A stretch of DNA of 63,730 bases, counting the filler, from a candidate division NPL-UPA2 bacterium Unc8 (GTDB taxonomy: Bacteria; NPL-UPA2), in NCBI GenBank assembly GCA_003574845.1. It is 8 parts of 7 records of this genome, joined end to end, with 100 filler letters (N's around TTAATTAATTAA, not from the genome) between each part and the next. Parts side by side here need not be neighbours in the genome. Positions count along the whole stretch, not along the records: positions 24,849 to 41,164 come from NDHY01000002.1; 7 more parts are not named here. The stretch is one strand, 5' to 3'. Positions 29,609 through 40,235 of this stretch are shown here, in pieces. Each line of letters opens with the position of its first letter. Positions within the stretch are counted from its first letter, which is position 1. Made by a program: the position numbers and the translations under genes. The notes beneath the pieces were generated by a model that had not been told where the DNA came from, did no database searches, and was given only the letters and a program-made list of their open reading frames with translations.

Positions 29609-31233
29609 CTGAAGACCTCCGGCGGTAATTTCCGAATGATAATAGATAAGGAAAAACTTCTTGCCGGCATCCCGCCGGCATCGGGGCCGACATAGTTATC
29701 AATGTTTAGCAAAGATGCGCCAATAAAAAAGGGAGAGTTCTCAATCTCCTCAATAAACCGGGCAAGCACCCTCTCGGGAAAAACGTTCTCCTCCAACTGG
29801 AGAACGATTCCATTAATGAGCAGGACGCCCTCATCTCCATCAAGCCTCATCTCCCTGAACAGGACTCCGGCAGAGGTAATATTGGTTATCTCCCGCATGA
29901 CACCTGCCCATATTGGCTGTTCTCTCCCGGCAACTGCATAGTAGTGGGCAAGCTTCCGTGTCAACTCTTCTTTCTTCCCTTCCAGAGCCACATCTCCTTC
30001 CTCGCCCATGAGAATCGCAACTTCTGTCCTCATTGTATCTACAGTTTTACTCAAGATAATGGAGTTTATGCGGGTAAAGATAGACATCAGTAAAACACTT
30101 CCAAAAACCAGTGCTAAAGATACTCTTATTCCTGTCCCTACCTGAGTTAATTTTCTCCGGAGCTTTGCCTCTGGCGGAAGAAGCTCTATTCCGGCCCTTC
30201 TGCCTGAACTGCCGCCAATGGCAGGGATAAGTAAAGAAAGCTCAGGTATTGATGTCTCCTCCGGAAGAGACATCTCAACCTTCATGGAGGCAGCATTGCC
30301 TACTGTTACATCAATGTTGAGTTTATTTGCAAGATAAGGAGCAAGATTTCTAAGCTGAGTTAGACTGCCTATTAAGTATATTTTCTCTATTACTTCCTCT
30401 CCCTGTTCTTCTACCCACTGTTTTAATGCTCTTCTTGTCTTAATTGCTAACTCATCAACAAAAGCGCGTATCTCCCGAGCTCCTTCAGGAGGCTCTGAAA
30501 GAGAGAGCCGGGATAAATCTTGAGATGAAAGCAATCCATATTCGCTTTTTACTGCTGAAAGCTCTAATTCTACTCCAGCTTCGGTGAGCATACGGTCAAG
30601 CTCATCTTCTCCGGAGCCAATCCTTCTTTCAAATTCAAATTGTCCATTTCTATAGATAAGGAGACCGGTGGTCTTTCCGACATCAAGCAAAATGGTAGTA
30701 CCACTTAGAGCGCTCTCCTTAAGAAAAAGAGCGATGGCAGAGAAAGGATGAAGCAACCCAATTGGGATAAGTCCGGCTTTTGTGGCAATCTCGAGTAGTC
30801 TTCTCGCCTCTTTTATCTTAATGGCTCCCACAGAAACGGCAATCTTTTCAACGCCATACTTATCTCTTACTTTTCCTTCAATGTGATAATTAAATAGAGC
30901 TCCTCTCGGGTCAAATGGCATAACAGAGCGCGCCTCCCATATCACCGCTGCTCGGACTTCACCGAGTGGCATAACCGGAAGATAAAATCTCCCTAAAAAG
31001 GCATCGTTATTCCTTGCCGAAACAGAAGCAATAAGGACAGCTTCTTTTTCTCTGATATTGTGCTCCATGAGAATGGCTTTTATTGTCATGGGGATTTCAT
31101 CCTCAGGGTGAGCTGAGGAAACGGGATAGGTGACAGCGCATTCTAATGATAGGAGATTATCTTTGTCTCCGGGCGCTGCCCTGAGCAGAGTAATCCTGTC
31201 TTTATCTATGTCTATTGAAAGGTTATATTTCAT
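29605..31233 (-). CDS. PilM-PilN fusion (type IV pilus alignment complex)
   Basis: Actin-like PilM region (AVIWEARSVMPFD, LLDVG), then IELLP + TM + PilN-like domain (FIEEIENSPFF). Start at ATG 31233 overlaps the pilC stop. Confidence 0.75.
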   Translation of the reverse strand: MKYNLSIDIDKDRITLLRAAPGDKDNLLSLECAVTYPVSSAHPEDEIPMTIKAILMEHNIREKEAVLIASVSARNNDAFLGRFYLPVMPLGEVRAAVIWEARSVMPFDPRGALFNYHIEGKVRDKYGVEKIAVSVGAIKIKEARRLLEIATKAGLIPIGLLHPFSAIALFLKESALSGTTILLDVGKTTGLLIYRNGQFEFERRIGSGEDELDRMLTEAGVELELSAVKSEYGLLSSQDLSRLSLSEPPEGAREIRAFVDELAIKTRRALKQWVEEQGEEVIEKIYLIGSLTQLRNLAPYLANKLNIDVTVGNAASMKVEMSLPEETSIPELSLLIPAIGGSSGRRAGIELLPPEAKLRRKLTQVGTGIRVSLALVFGSVLLMSIFTRINSIILSKTVDTMRTEVAILMGEEGDVALEGKKEELTRKLAHYYAVAGREQPIWAGVMREITNITSAGVLFREMRLDGDEGVLLINGIVLQLEENVFPERVLARFIEEIENSPFFIGASLLNIDNYVGPDAGGMPARSFSLSIIIRKLPPEVFR

Positions 31234-32441
31234 CTGGCGAACTTTACCATATCCCACATTGGCATAAAGACAGCCATGGCAAGAAATGCCACTCCTATTC
31301 CCATAGAGAGAATGAGCAGGGGCTCAATGGAGGCGGTCAGTGTCTTTAACTTGTAATCCAACTGATTGTTATAATTATCAGCTAAGTGATGAAGCATCTC
31401 TTCTAATTTGCCGGTCTCCTCTCCCACCGTGAGCATATGAGGTATGAGAGAAGGCATAAAAGGACAGGTTTTGAACTGTGATGAGACTGATTCCCCTCCT
31501 TCCACCGCTCTCCTTGTCTGCTCTATGAGGTTAGAGAATATGGAGTTGTCCATAGTACCCTTTAAATAAGTGAGAGTGCGAATGATCGGGGTGCCGCTTT
31601 CAATAAGCAGTCCAAAGAGGCGGCACAATCTGGTCAGGGTACCGGCGAGGAGAATCGGACCAAAGACAGGGAGTCGAAGTTTTAGTCGGTCCAGAATAGA
31701 TTTTCCTTTTCCGGTTTTGCTCCAGAACCCGAGTCCAAAGAGCAAGGCGGCGAGCCCCACCAGCACAAAGAGGCCGTATTGCTGCCCTAAGTGATTGATG
31801 CCAATAAGAATTCTCGTAGGCAGGGGAAGCTCTACCCCAAAACCTGCAAAAAGTTCTACGAAACGAGGAATAACAAAACCCACCAGGATAATGGAGGCAA
31901 GAATCATAACTGCCACTACAATAAATGGATAGCGAAGAGCAGAGTTAATCTTTGCTCGGGAGGCAAAATCGTGCTCTGTCATCTCGGCAATTCTCTCAAG
32001 CATATCCGGTAACTGCCCACTCTCCTCTCCAACTTGAATCATACTTATATATACATCCGAGAAAAGGTGTGAGGCATGTTGCTGAAAGCTTTCCGTCAAG
32101 GTAGCCCCTGCAGAAATAGTGTTTATTATTGCAGAAGTGATGCGCGCGAGCTCCGGATTAGCGGTCTCTTTTCGCATTCCTTCCAGAGCAGAGATAATAG
32201 GCAATCCGGCATTGATGAGCGTGGCTAATTGCCTGGTATAGGCAACAATCTCAGCGAGTTTTACCCGCCCACTTCTTATGTATCCCTTTATTGTCTTTGA
32301 GGGAAGTATCTCTTCCATAGAGATGACAGTATTTCCCTCCTTGCGGAGCTGGGAGGCTACTTCCTCGGGTAATGCCGCTACCATCTCCCCTTCCACTACC
32401 TGACCCAGCCAATCCCGGGAAAAATATTTAAACTTAGACAT
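31230..32441 (-). CDS. pilC: PilC/GspF inner-membrane platform protein
   Basis: TRQLATLINAGLP, GEESGQL, ALRYP, LPLPTR, GEETGKL, IEP. Confidence 0.92.
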   Translation of the reverse strand: MSKFKYFSRDWLGQVVEGEMVAALPEEVASQLRKEGNTVISMEEILPSKTIKGYIRSGRVKLAEIVAYTRQLATLINAGLPIISALEGMRKETANPELARITSAIINTISAGATLTESFQQHASHLFSDVYISMIQVGEESGQLPDMLERIAEMTEHDFASRAKINSALRYPFIVVAVMILASIILVGFVIPRFVELFAGFGVELPLPTRILIGINHLGQQYGLFVLVGLAALLFGLGFWSKTGKGKSILDRLKLRLPVFGPILLAGTLTRLCRLFGLLIESGTPIIRTLTYLKGTMDNSIFSNLIEQTRRAVEGGESVSSQFKTCPFMPSLIPHMLTVGEETGKLEEMLHHLADNYNNQLDYKLKTLTASIEPLLILSMGIGVAFLAMAVFMPMWDMVKFAR

Positions 32442-34095
32442 ACCCTTCCCCGGTCACCCTCAATAACTCCTCAACGGTGGTAATGCCCTCGGTTATCTTT
32501 TCAATTCCATCCTCTATCAGGGGCTGCATTCCGCTCTGGATAACTATCTTTCTCATCCTGGCCGATGTTGCCCTGGAAAGGATGGCTTCCTCAATTTCAC
32601 TATTAACGGTAAACACCTCAAATACCCCGATGCGGCCTTTGTATCCTGTCTTCCTACAGGTGAAGCATCCTTTTCCTTTGTATGTTTTTATATCTTCCTT
32701 CAGTCCCAGCTTCTCCCGTACTGAGGCTGGAGTTTCATCTTCAACTTGACAATTCTTACATATTTTTCTCATTAACCGCTGGGATATTACTCCAATTAGA
32801 GTAGAAGAGAGAAGGTAAGGCTCTATTCCCATATCAATAAGCCTCATAATTGCAGATGGGGCATCATTAGTATGAAGGGTAGTTAACACAAGCTGCCCGG
32901 TAAGAGCCGCTTCTGTAGCCAACTCTGCTGTCTCGCTATCACGCATCTCACCTACCATAATTATATCAGGCGCCTGCCTCAGCATTGAACGTAGCGCTGA
33001 CGGAAAAGTATGCCCAATCTTTTTGTTGACCTGAGATTGCCTGACATGGGCAATATTATATTCAACCGGGTCCTCAATAGTGAGAGTGTTCTTGGTCTCA
33101 TCAGCCAGCTCATTGAGAATAGTATAAAGAGTGGTAGTTTTCCCGCTGCCAACAGGCCCGGTTACCACGAGCATACCATAAGGTTTGCTGATAAGGGCAT
33201 TGACTTTCTTCTCGGTTACGGAGGAAAAGCCAAGCTCTTTTCCTCCCACCAGAGTTGCAGATTTCTCAAGCAATCTCATTACTATATTTTCACCAAAGAC
33301 GGTGGGGAAAATACCTACTCTCACATCCATCTCTTTATGGGCAGCTTTAAAGGATAGCCGGCCATCCTGGGAGAGTCTTTTCTCAGCAACATCAAGCAGG
33401 GACATTATCTTTATCCGGGATGAGATAGCAGAAAATAAAGCCATTGAAGCTGTAGCAACTTGAGATATTATCCCATCTACCCGATACCTGATTTCCATAT
33501 GAGACTCATCGGGTTCTATAAATATGTCCGAGGCACGTTCCCTTACCCCATGAGCAAAAATAAGGTCAACAAGCTCTATTATAGAAGATGAGCCACCTTC
33601 TTCCTCTCCAAACTCAAGGACCTTCTTCGGGTCTATAGTATCAATCAGCTCCTGAATATCGCTTTTTGTTTCATAGTATTCATCTATCCCTTTGTGAATT
33701 TCACTCTTTGTCGCTATTACAACATCAATGTTAATTCCGCCAGCAGCTTGAGCTGCCTCATCAATAGCAATCGTATCCCCCGGGTCTGCCATAGCTATGG
33801 TAAGTGTTTTATCAATGAGAAAGAGAGGAATGAGAGTGAGCCTTCTGGCTACTTCCTTATTGATAAGAGCGATCACCTTCGGGTCTATGACATAATCTTC
33901 TATCTTTACACAGGGTAAGTTCTCCCCCGATGCGAGAGCATAGGCAAGTTCTTCTTCACTTGCTATTCTTAACTTTACAAGGGCATCCACAAGGGAGATG
34001 CCCAGCCTTGCCGCCTCTTTTCTGGCAGTAAGCACCTTCTCCGGCGGCACAAGCCCACTCCCGAGGAGAATTGCCTCAGTAGATTTTATTCCCAT
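32434..34095 (-). CDS. pilB: PilB/GspE assembly ATPase
   Basis: RASDI, AEKRLSQDG, GPVGSGKTT, EDPVE, LRQAPDIIMVGEMRD, TLHTND, tetracysteine motif, GYKGRIG. Confidence 0.93.
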   Translation of the reverse strand: MGIKSTEAILLGSGLVPPEKVLTARKEAARLGISLVDALVKLRIASEEELAYALASGENLPCVKIEDYVIDPKVIALINKEVARRLTLIPLFLIDKTLTIAMADPGDTIAIDEAAQAAGGINIDVVIATKSEIHKGIDEYYETKSDIQELIDTIDPKKVLEFGEEEGGSSSIIELVDLIFAHGVRERASDIFIEPDESHMEIRYRVDGIISQVATASMALFSAISSRIKIMSLLDVAEKRLSQDGRLSFKAAHKEMDVRVGIFPTVFGENIVMRLLEKSATLVGGKELGFSSVTEKKVNALISKPYGMLVVTGPVGSGKTTTLYTILNELADETKNTLTIEDPVEYNIAHVRQSQVNKKIGHTFPSALRSMLRQAPDIIMVGEMRDSETAELATEAALTGQLVLTTLHTNDAPSAIMRLIDMGIEPYLLSSTLIGVISQRLMRKICKNCQVEDETPASVREKLGLKEDIKTYKGKGCFTCRKTGYKGRIGVFEVFTVNSEIEEAILSRATSARMRKIVIQSGMQPLIEDGIEKITEGITTVEELLRVTGEGYV

Positions 34096-34150
34096 CTATT
34101 TTATCCTCTTCCGCCTAACACCCAAGACCTAACACCTAATTTCAAGCCTT

Positions 34151-34618
34151 TCACTTCTTACCTTTAGTAGCATTTTCGGACATTATCTTTTTAATCCACT
34201 CATTTATGGTAGAGCGGGTCTCATCAGATATATCAAGAAACTCAACACCCATACAGTAAAAATGTTCGTCTTTGTCTCTTCTGGAAGAGATAATTTTTGC
34301 CTGAGTGTGCACCACTCTTGAACTTGTCTTCAGAGGAAGAGGAAAGCGCGGTTCTTCATGATGCACCACTCTTGAGTTTGTTTTCAGAGATGCTGGCAAG
34401 CCGTTAAAGTCAGGGATTTCAATCTCAACCACAGACCCCCTGGGAATGAAGATGGAAGAGATAAGCATAGCGCCGCCGGCTCCTACATTTCCAACAATTC
34501 CTTTAATTTCTTTATCCGCGCGGAGTTTTATACTTGAGGTCTTAATACGAACAGGAAGATGCTCTACTAAGTTGTACCTCTTATATTTTCTTGCATCAAA
34601 AGTAATCTCTTCTGCCAT
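34151..34618 (-). CDS. PilZ domain protein
   Basis: RKYKR (RxxxR), NVGAGG, GVEFLDI; first gene of the pilus cluster. Confidence 0.8.
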   Translation of the reverse strand: MAEEITFDARKYKRYNLVEHLPVRIKTSSIKLRADKEIKGIVGNVGAGGAMLISSIFIPRGSVVEIEIPDFNGLPASLKTNSRVVHHEEPRFPLPLKTSSRVVHTQAKIISSRRDKDEHFYCMGVEFLDISDETRSTINEWIKKIMSENATKGKK

Positions 34619-34835
34619 TTACTTTTCCTCCTCCTTCCCCTTCGGGGATACTCCTGTCTCCACCCACACTTACAAGAATTCAACCTGGTTGGCATGTATG
34701 CATATATTCATATCATAGAAAAGATGTCAAGAAAAAATTCTATGCAATGGTTGTGAATTTAAGATATAATTCAGAAAGAGCAATCGGCAGTATGCGTTGA
34801 CCAAAAACTGGGATTATAATTGAAAACCTTATAAA

Positions 34836-35312
34836 ATGCAACTGGAAACAAAAAGCGCTGCTGAGACAAGGAGAGTGGGCAGGAGAATAGGAGAAGCTCT
34901 CGGGCAAGGTGACCTCATTGCTCTCTTTGGAGAGTTAGGAGCGGGAAAGACCTGCCTGACTCAGGGAATAGCTACAGGCTTGGATATAAAAGGTAATGTG
35001 AGTAGCCCTTCATTTGTCATTATTAAAGAGTATAGAGGCAGGCTTCCTCTCTATCATATAGATTTTTTTAGATTGCAAACAGTAAAGGAAATTGAATCAA
35101 CTGGCTATGATGAATACATTTGTGGAGAAGGAGTAACTATTATTGAATGGGCAGAGAAAATAGAAGATATTCTTCCGGAGAAGTACTTTAGAATTGAGTT
35201 AATTATCTCTGGCAAAAACAAGAGACGCATTCTCTTCAAGCCGGTTGGAGAAGATTACGAAAGGATAGCGAGAGAGGTATATGAAAATTCTGGCGCTGGA
35301 TACCTCAAATAG
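34836..35312 (+). CDS. tsaE: t6A biosynthesis ATPase TsaE
   Basis: GELGAGKT, VSSPSF, LYHIDFFRL, IEWA. Confidence 0.96.
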   Translation: MQLETKSAAETRRVGRRIGEALGQGDLIALFGELGAGKTCLTQGIATGLDIKGNVSSPSFVIIKEYRGRLPLYHIDFFRLQTVKEIESTGYDEYICGEGVTIIEWAEKIEDILPEKYFRIELIISGKNKRRILFKPVGEDYERIAREVYENSGAGYLK

Positions 35313-35943
35313 AGTTAGTAGCGTTGCCATTATTGACGAAGAGAAAGTAATTGCCGAATATCTACTTGATGTTAGGGAAGGTCATTCACGGAAGTTACTT
35401 TACCTTGTCAATCAGATTCTTAAAGATTCCGAATTAACAATAAAAAAAATAGATGGATTTGCCGTTGCGGTGGGGCCTGGTTCATTCACTGCCCTAAGGG
35501 TTGGCATTGCTACCGCAAAGGGGTTGGCAATAGGTGCAAAGAAGCCGCTTTGCGGCATTCCCACACTGGATGTCCTTGCAGCTAATGTCTATACAACAGG
35601 TCTTATTTGCCCAATTCTTGATGCTAAAGCAAGGTGGGTTTATGGAGCGGTTTATCAATATCATCAATCTGAGCTAAGGAAGGTAATTGCTGAGTTTCTA
35701 TTGCCGCTAAAAGAACTGTTTAAAAAAATAAGAACTCCAACTGTCTTTTTGGGCAATGCCGTTTTAATCCATCAGGGTTTAATTGAAAAAGAATTGGGAA
35801 AGGACGCATTCTTCGCTCCGCAGGAATTTTCTCTTGTCAGGGCAGCTAATGTAGCAAAATTGGCGCTTAGAAAATTAAGGGCAGGGGAAGTCCCGGAGTT
35901 ATCAGGCATAAAACCGATATATTTGGAAAGAAAAAGGGCCTAA
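35281..35943 (+). CDS. tsaB: t6A biosynthesis protein TsaB
   Basis: ILALDTS, GPGSFTALRVG, PIYL. Confidence 0.96.
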   Translation: MKILALDTSNRVSSVAIIDEEKVIAEYLLDVREGHSRKLLYLVNQILKDSELTIKKIDGFAVAVGPGSFTALRVGIATAKGLAIGAKKPLCGIPTLDVLAANVYTTGLICPILDAKARWVYGAVYQYHQSELRKVIAEFLLPLKELFKKIRTPTVFLGNAVLIHQGLIEKELGKDAFFAPQEFSLVRAANVAKLALRKLRAGEVPELSGIKPIYLERKRA

Positions 35944-35949
35944 AAGCCA

Positions 35950-36405
35950 GTGGTCATAGAGAAGATGACGGAGAAGGATGTGGGTGAGGCATTAGCAATT
36001 GAGCGGGATGTTTTTCCTTCTCCATGGACAAGGGGAATGTTTCTACAGGAGCTCAGTAACGAGGACTCCTATTTTATAGTGGTAAGAGAGAAAGAAAAGT
36101 TAATTGGATATGGTGGTTTTTTTATGATTGGGGAGGTGGCACGACTGGAAAATCTCGCTGTCCATCCCGATTTCCGCAGGCGCGGAGTAGCAACAAAGCT
36201 TTTGAGAGAGCTTCTTGCCACAGTCAAGGCTAATGGTGGAGATGAGACGACCCTTGAAGTCAGGTCTGGAAATCAAGAAGCTCAAAACCTCTACAGGAAA
36301 TTTGGCTTTTTGATATCAGGGAAACGCCCTGAGTTTTACGGTGACAACAGGGAAGACGCTTTGATTATGTCAAAGAAAATAGTTGAAAGGGTTGCGAAAG
36401 ATTGA
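35950..36405 (+). CDS. rimI: Ribosomal-protein-alanine N-acetyltransferase
   Basis: FPSPW, LAVHPDFRRRGVA, LEVRSGN, LYRKFGF, EDALIM. Confidence 0.93.
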   Translation: MVIEKMTEKDVGEALAIERDVFPSPWTRGMFLQELSNEDSYFIVVREKEKLIGYGGFFMIGEVARLENLAVHPDFRRRGVATKLLRELLATVKANGGDETTLEVRSGNQEAQNLYRKFGFLISGKRPEFYGDNREDALIMSKKIVERVAKD

Positions 36406-36423
36406 CCATCTGGAGTCTTTAAG

Positions 36424-37353
36424 ATGAAAATAAGTATTATTGGAAGTGGTAATGTAGGAACAACTGCTGCCATCTACATTACCCTTGAAGGGCTTCCTGT
36501 GGATGTTTTTCTTTTTGACGCTGTGGAAGGGCTTCCTCAGGGGAGAGCAATTGACCTGGGGCAGGCAGAAGCCCTCAAGGGTTCCGATGTCAGCATAAAA
36601 GGGTCAAATAACTATGAAGATACGGCAGGCTCTGAAATTGTTGTAATTACTGCCGGAGTGGCAAGGAAGCCGGGAATGAGTCGGCTGGACCTCCTGAAGA
36701 AAAATAAGGAAATAGTAACACCTGTTGTTAAGCAGGTGGTAAAGCACAGCCCGGATGCCAGGCTACTTATAGTTACTAATCCTGTAGATATAATTACCTA
36801 TCTGGCACTAAAGATTAGTGGCTTTGAAAGAAAAAAGGTGTTTGGTATGGGCGGAGTTCTTGACGGGGCTCGCTTTTGCTATTTCCTCTCCAGAGCATTA
36901 AAAGAACAGCCCAGAGACATTTATCCCCTAATCATTGGAGAGCATGGCGAGGGAATGTTACCTTTGACTAAATATTCAACGGTATCAGGGAAACCGGTCA
37001 ATGAAGTTATGGGTAAAAAAGAACTGAATAAGATTATTGATAAAACTCGTAATGCCGGCGCCGATATCGTTTCCTTTCTTAAGACAGGAAGTGCATATCT
37101 TGCCCCCGGGGCAGCGGTTGCCAAAATGGCGGCGGCAATCATTTCTCCGCAAGCGGAAAAGGAGATTCTACCTGCCTCTGTCTATCTAAACGGTGAATAT
37201 GGTCTTCGGGACATTTGTCTTGGTGTTCCGGTAAAGTTAGGAAGGAATGGCATAGAAGAAATCATTGAACTAAAGTTGAGTAATGAAGAGAGAGGTGTCC
37301 TCATCCACACTGCAGGGAAACTCAAGGCAGTTATCAGAGAAGTGCATCTATAG
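36424..37353 (+). CDS. mdh: Malate dehydrogenase (LDH-like)
   Basis: GSGNVG, ITAGVARKPGMSRLDLL, VTNPVD, IGEHG. Confidence 0.9.
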   Translation: MKISIIGSGNVGTTAAIYITLEGLPVDVFLFDAVEGLPQGRAIDLGQAEALKGSDVSIKGSNNYEDTAGSEIVVITAGVARKPGMSRLDLLKKNKEIVTPVVKQVVKHSPDARLLIVTNPVDIITYLALKISGFERKKVFGMGGVLDGARFCYFLSRALKEQPRDIYPLIIGEHGEGMLPLTKYSTVSGKPVNEVMGKKELNKIIDKTRNAGADIVSFLKTGSAYLAPGAAVAKMAAAIISPQAEKEILPASVYLNGEYGLRDICLGVPVKLGRNGIEEIIELKLSNEERGVLIHTAGKLKAVIREVHL

Positions 37354-37422
37354 GAGTTAACCACTGATTTGCATTGAGCAATAATATACATTAATGGTAT
37401 AATTCAGGTCAGGAAAAAAATT

Positions 37423-40191
37423 ATGAAGTGGAAGACAATATTGGTTTTAGGTGTTATCGCAATTTCTCTTTACTTTGCGTATGCTAACTTCAAGTGGTAT
37501 TCTCTTCCTGAAGAAAAGAGGGAAATTGCTGAGCTTGTTGCAAGAAGGGAAGCGGGTAAAGCGTTAAGCGAGGCAGAGAAAGAAAAAATCGCTGAACTGA
37601 CTGAGCAGGAAAAAGCTGATTATCACAGACTTGGATTGTTAAGAGGTAGGGTACTTAGCCTTGGGCTTGACCTCCAGGGGGGGGCGCATCTTGTACTTGC
37701 AGTAGATACTGATAAGGCGTTAGAGATAGAAATTACTCGTCACCTAACAACCCTGAGGCGAGAGTTGCATCACATTGAGGGGGTAAGATTACTTCAGGAT
37801 AAAAAAATAGTGAACATTGAATTTGCCCGTGAGGATGACTATCAAACAATTAGAGATATTGTTGATGAAAATATCTGGAGTCTGGATAGAAAGAGCCCTA
37901 CTGAAATTGTCCTTGCATTTAGCCACCGGCGCGCTACAACAATTAAAAGAGACGCCGTTGTGCAGACATTAGGACGAATAAGAAGAAGGGTAGATGAGTT
38001 TGGCGTAGCAGAACCACTGATACAGCCGCAGGGGGAGAGAAGAATAATCGTTCAATTGCCAGGAATGAGAGACCCGGAACGAGCAAAGGAGATTATCAGA
38101 AGAACTGCTTTTCTTGAATTTAAACTCGCTGCGCCAGTTGGATTGATATCCGAGATTATTTCAAATATAGAGGCAACATTAGCAATAAAAGAGGAAGAAA
38201 TCTCATTCCCGGTTCATCATCGTCAACTACTTACCGACATTGGGGCTCCATTTGATATGGTCTCTTTCAGTGAAGACGACTTCGCCCGGATAAACTCAGT
38301 TCTTCAGAAAGAGGAGATATTAGCTCTCATTCCCGAGGGCTACTCCTTTGCAATAACTCGTAGTCTTGGAGAAGCAGGAAGAAGGTTTCGCAATCTTTAT
38401 CTGTTAAAGGAGGACCCTGTTCTCACAGGTGCATTGTTAGAAAATGCCTATCCAAGTTTTGATGAATTCCATCGCAGAGTAATTCAATTGGAGTTCAACC
38501 GTCATGGTGGGGCAATAATGTCCCGAATCTCTCGCCGTGCTGAGAGAGCATATAATGAGGAAAGAAAAGCTACAATTCTAACAATACTTCTTGACGATGT
38601 GATTTATTCAGCTCCATTTATGAAGGTAAGGGTAGGAGGCAGACCAATCATTACAGGGGATTTTACCCGAGAGGAGGCGATGGACCTCTCTCTCGTTCTT
38701 CGTGAAGGAGCACTTCCCGCTCCCATCTCTACTGAAATGGAGATGATGATAGGAGCCTCTCTGGGAGCTGACTCAATTCACGCCGGGATAAGGGCAGGAA
38801 TTATTGGGTTCATCGGCATTGCTTTTCTTATTGGTATTTACTATCTCAAAGCAGGACTAATTACCATTTTTGCTCTTTTTTTAAACCTTATTATTGTATT
38901 GGCAGTGCTCTCAATGTTAAGAGCAACCCTTACCCTCCCTGGAATTGCAGGGATTATACTTGTCATCGGTATGGCTGTTGATGCCAACATTCTTATTTTT
39001 GAGAGGATTAGAGAAGAAGTAAAGAGTGGAAAGGCAATACGTTCGGCCATTTCCGCCGGTTACCAGAGAGCATTTCTGACAATCTTAGACGCCAATCTTA
39101 CTACTTTAATTGTAGCAGTAGTTCTCTTCGGATTTGGGACAGGCCCCATCAGGGGATTTGCAACAACCTTAAGTATTGGTATTATCAGCAGTATGTTCAC
39201 TGCGATTGTGGTCACAAGGTTAATTCTTGATTTAATGGCCAGGCGGAAATCTTTTACGGGACTTAAAATGCTCCAGATTGCTAATGCTCCCCAAATAAGG
39301 TTCGTCAGGCAGAGAAGAAAGGCGTTTACTCTTTCAGTATTGGTGCTTCTTGCAGGTATGATTACATTTTTTGCAAGGGGGGAGGAGAATTTCGGTATTG
39401 ATTTAAGTCCTGGAGGAGGAGTGCTTCTTGAGCGTCATTTTACTGCTCCTGTTTATGCAGGGGATATCAGAGAGGCGCTTATTTTTATTGGAATAGAAGA
39501 GGCAAGGATTCAGCAGTTCAATGATAATAAAGGAGTTTTGGTCAGAATAGGAAAGGGTGAGGATTACGAGGTAACTGTGCAGACAATAGATGCTCAACTC
39601 AGCGAAAAATTTCATGGCTTATTCATAGATGATGAGGAGTTCAAAAGGACAGATGTAATTGGACCAGTAATGGGAAGAGAAATGCAACGCAATGGAGTCC
39701 TTGCTCTCATTTTTGCCCTTGCTGCAGTTGTTGCCTACATTACCTGGCGTTTTGAAATCAAATTCGGGATTGCAGCGATTATTGCACTTCTTCACGATGT
39801 TCTGATTACCGTAGGGATACTTTCTATTTTGGAGGTAGAATTCAATCTTGCAACAATAGCAGCACTTTTAGCCATTATTGGATATTCTCTGAATGATACC
39901 ATTGTCATTTTTGACCGTATCAGAGAGAATCTGAAGTCAATGCATGGCAAGTCATATGCAGAAATTGTTAATACAAGCATTAATCAGACTCTTTCGCGAA
40001 CGTTCCTTACCTCACTAACAACTCTTCTTGCAATGGTTTCTCTTTTTGTTCTGGGCGGAATAGCTATTAGCGGATTTGCTCTCACATTGATAATTGGGAT
40101 ATCATTGGGGACATTTTCGTCAATATTTATTGCGGCTCCAATCCTTGTTGAATGGCAAAGGCGAGGAGGCATTTTAATTCAAAATGTCTGA
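37423..40191 (+). CDS. secDF: Protein translocase SecD-SecF fusion
   Basis: LGLDLQGG, RVDEFGVAEP, GMAVDANILIFERIREE, ALLHDV, GYSLNDTIVIFDRIRE. Confidence 0.96.
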   Translation: MKWKTILVLGVIAISLYFAYANFKWYSLPEEKREIAELVARREAGKALSEAEKEKIAELTEQEKADYHRLGLLRGRVLSLGLDLQGGAHLVLAVDTDKALEIEITRHLTTLRRELHHIEGVRLLQDKKIVNIEFAREDDYQTIRDIVDENIWSLDRKSPTEIVLAFSHRRATTIKRDAVVQTLGRIRRRVDEFGVAEPLIQPQGERRIIVQLPGMRDPERAKEIIRRTAFLEFKLAAPVGLISEIISNIEATLAIKEEEISFPVHHRQLLTDIGAPFDMVSFSEDDFARINSVLQKEEILALIPEGYSFAITRSLGEAGRRFRNLYLLKEDPVLTGALLENAYPSFDEFHRRVIQLEFNRHGGAIMSRISRRAERAYNEERKATILTILLDDVIYSAPFMKVRVGGRPIITGDFTREEAMDLSLVLREGALPAPISTEMEMMIGASLGADSIHAGIRAGIIGFIGIAFLIGIYYLKAGLITIFALFLNLIIVLAVLSMLRATLTLPGIAGIILVIGMAVDANILIFERIREEVKSGKAIRSAISAGYQRAFLTILDANLTTLIVAVVLFGFGTGPIRGFATTLSIGIISSMFTAIVVTRLILDLMARRKSFTGLKMLQIANAPQIRFVRQRRKAFTLSVLVLLAGMITFFARGEENFGIDLSPGGGVLLERHFTAPVYAGDIREALIFIGIEEARIQQFNDNKGVLVRIGKGEDYEVTVQTIDAQLSEKFHGLFIDDEEFKRTDVIGPVMGREMQRNGVLALIFALAAVVAYITWRFEIKFGIAAIIALLHDVLITVGILSILEVEFNLATIAALLAIIGYSLNDTIVIFDRIRENLKSMHGKSYAEIVNTSINQTLSRTFLTSLTTLLAMVSLFVLGGIAISGFALTLIIGISLGTFSSIFIAAPILVEWQRRGGILIQNV

Positions 40192-40235
40192 CTTGAGGGA
40201 TTAACTTGAAAGTAATGTTTCCTGGAGGAATAAAG

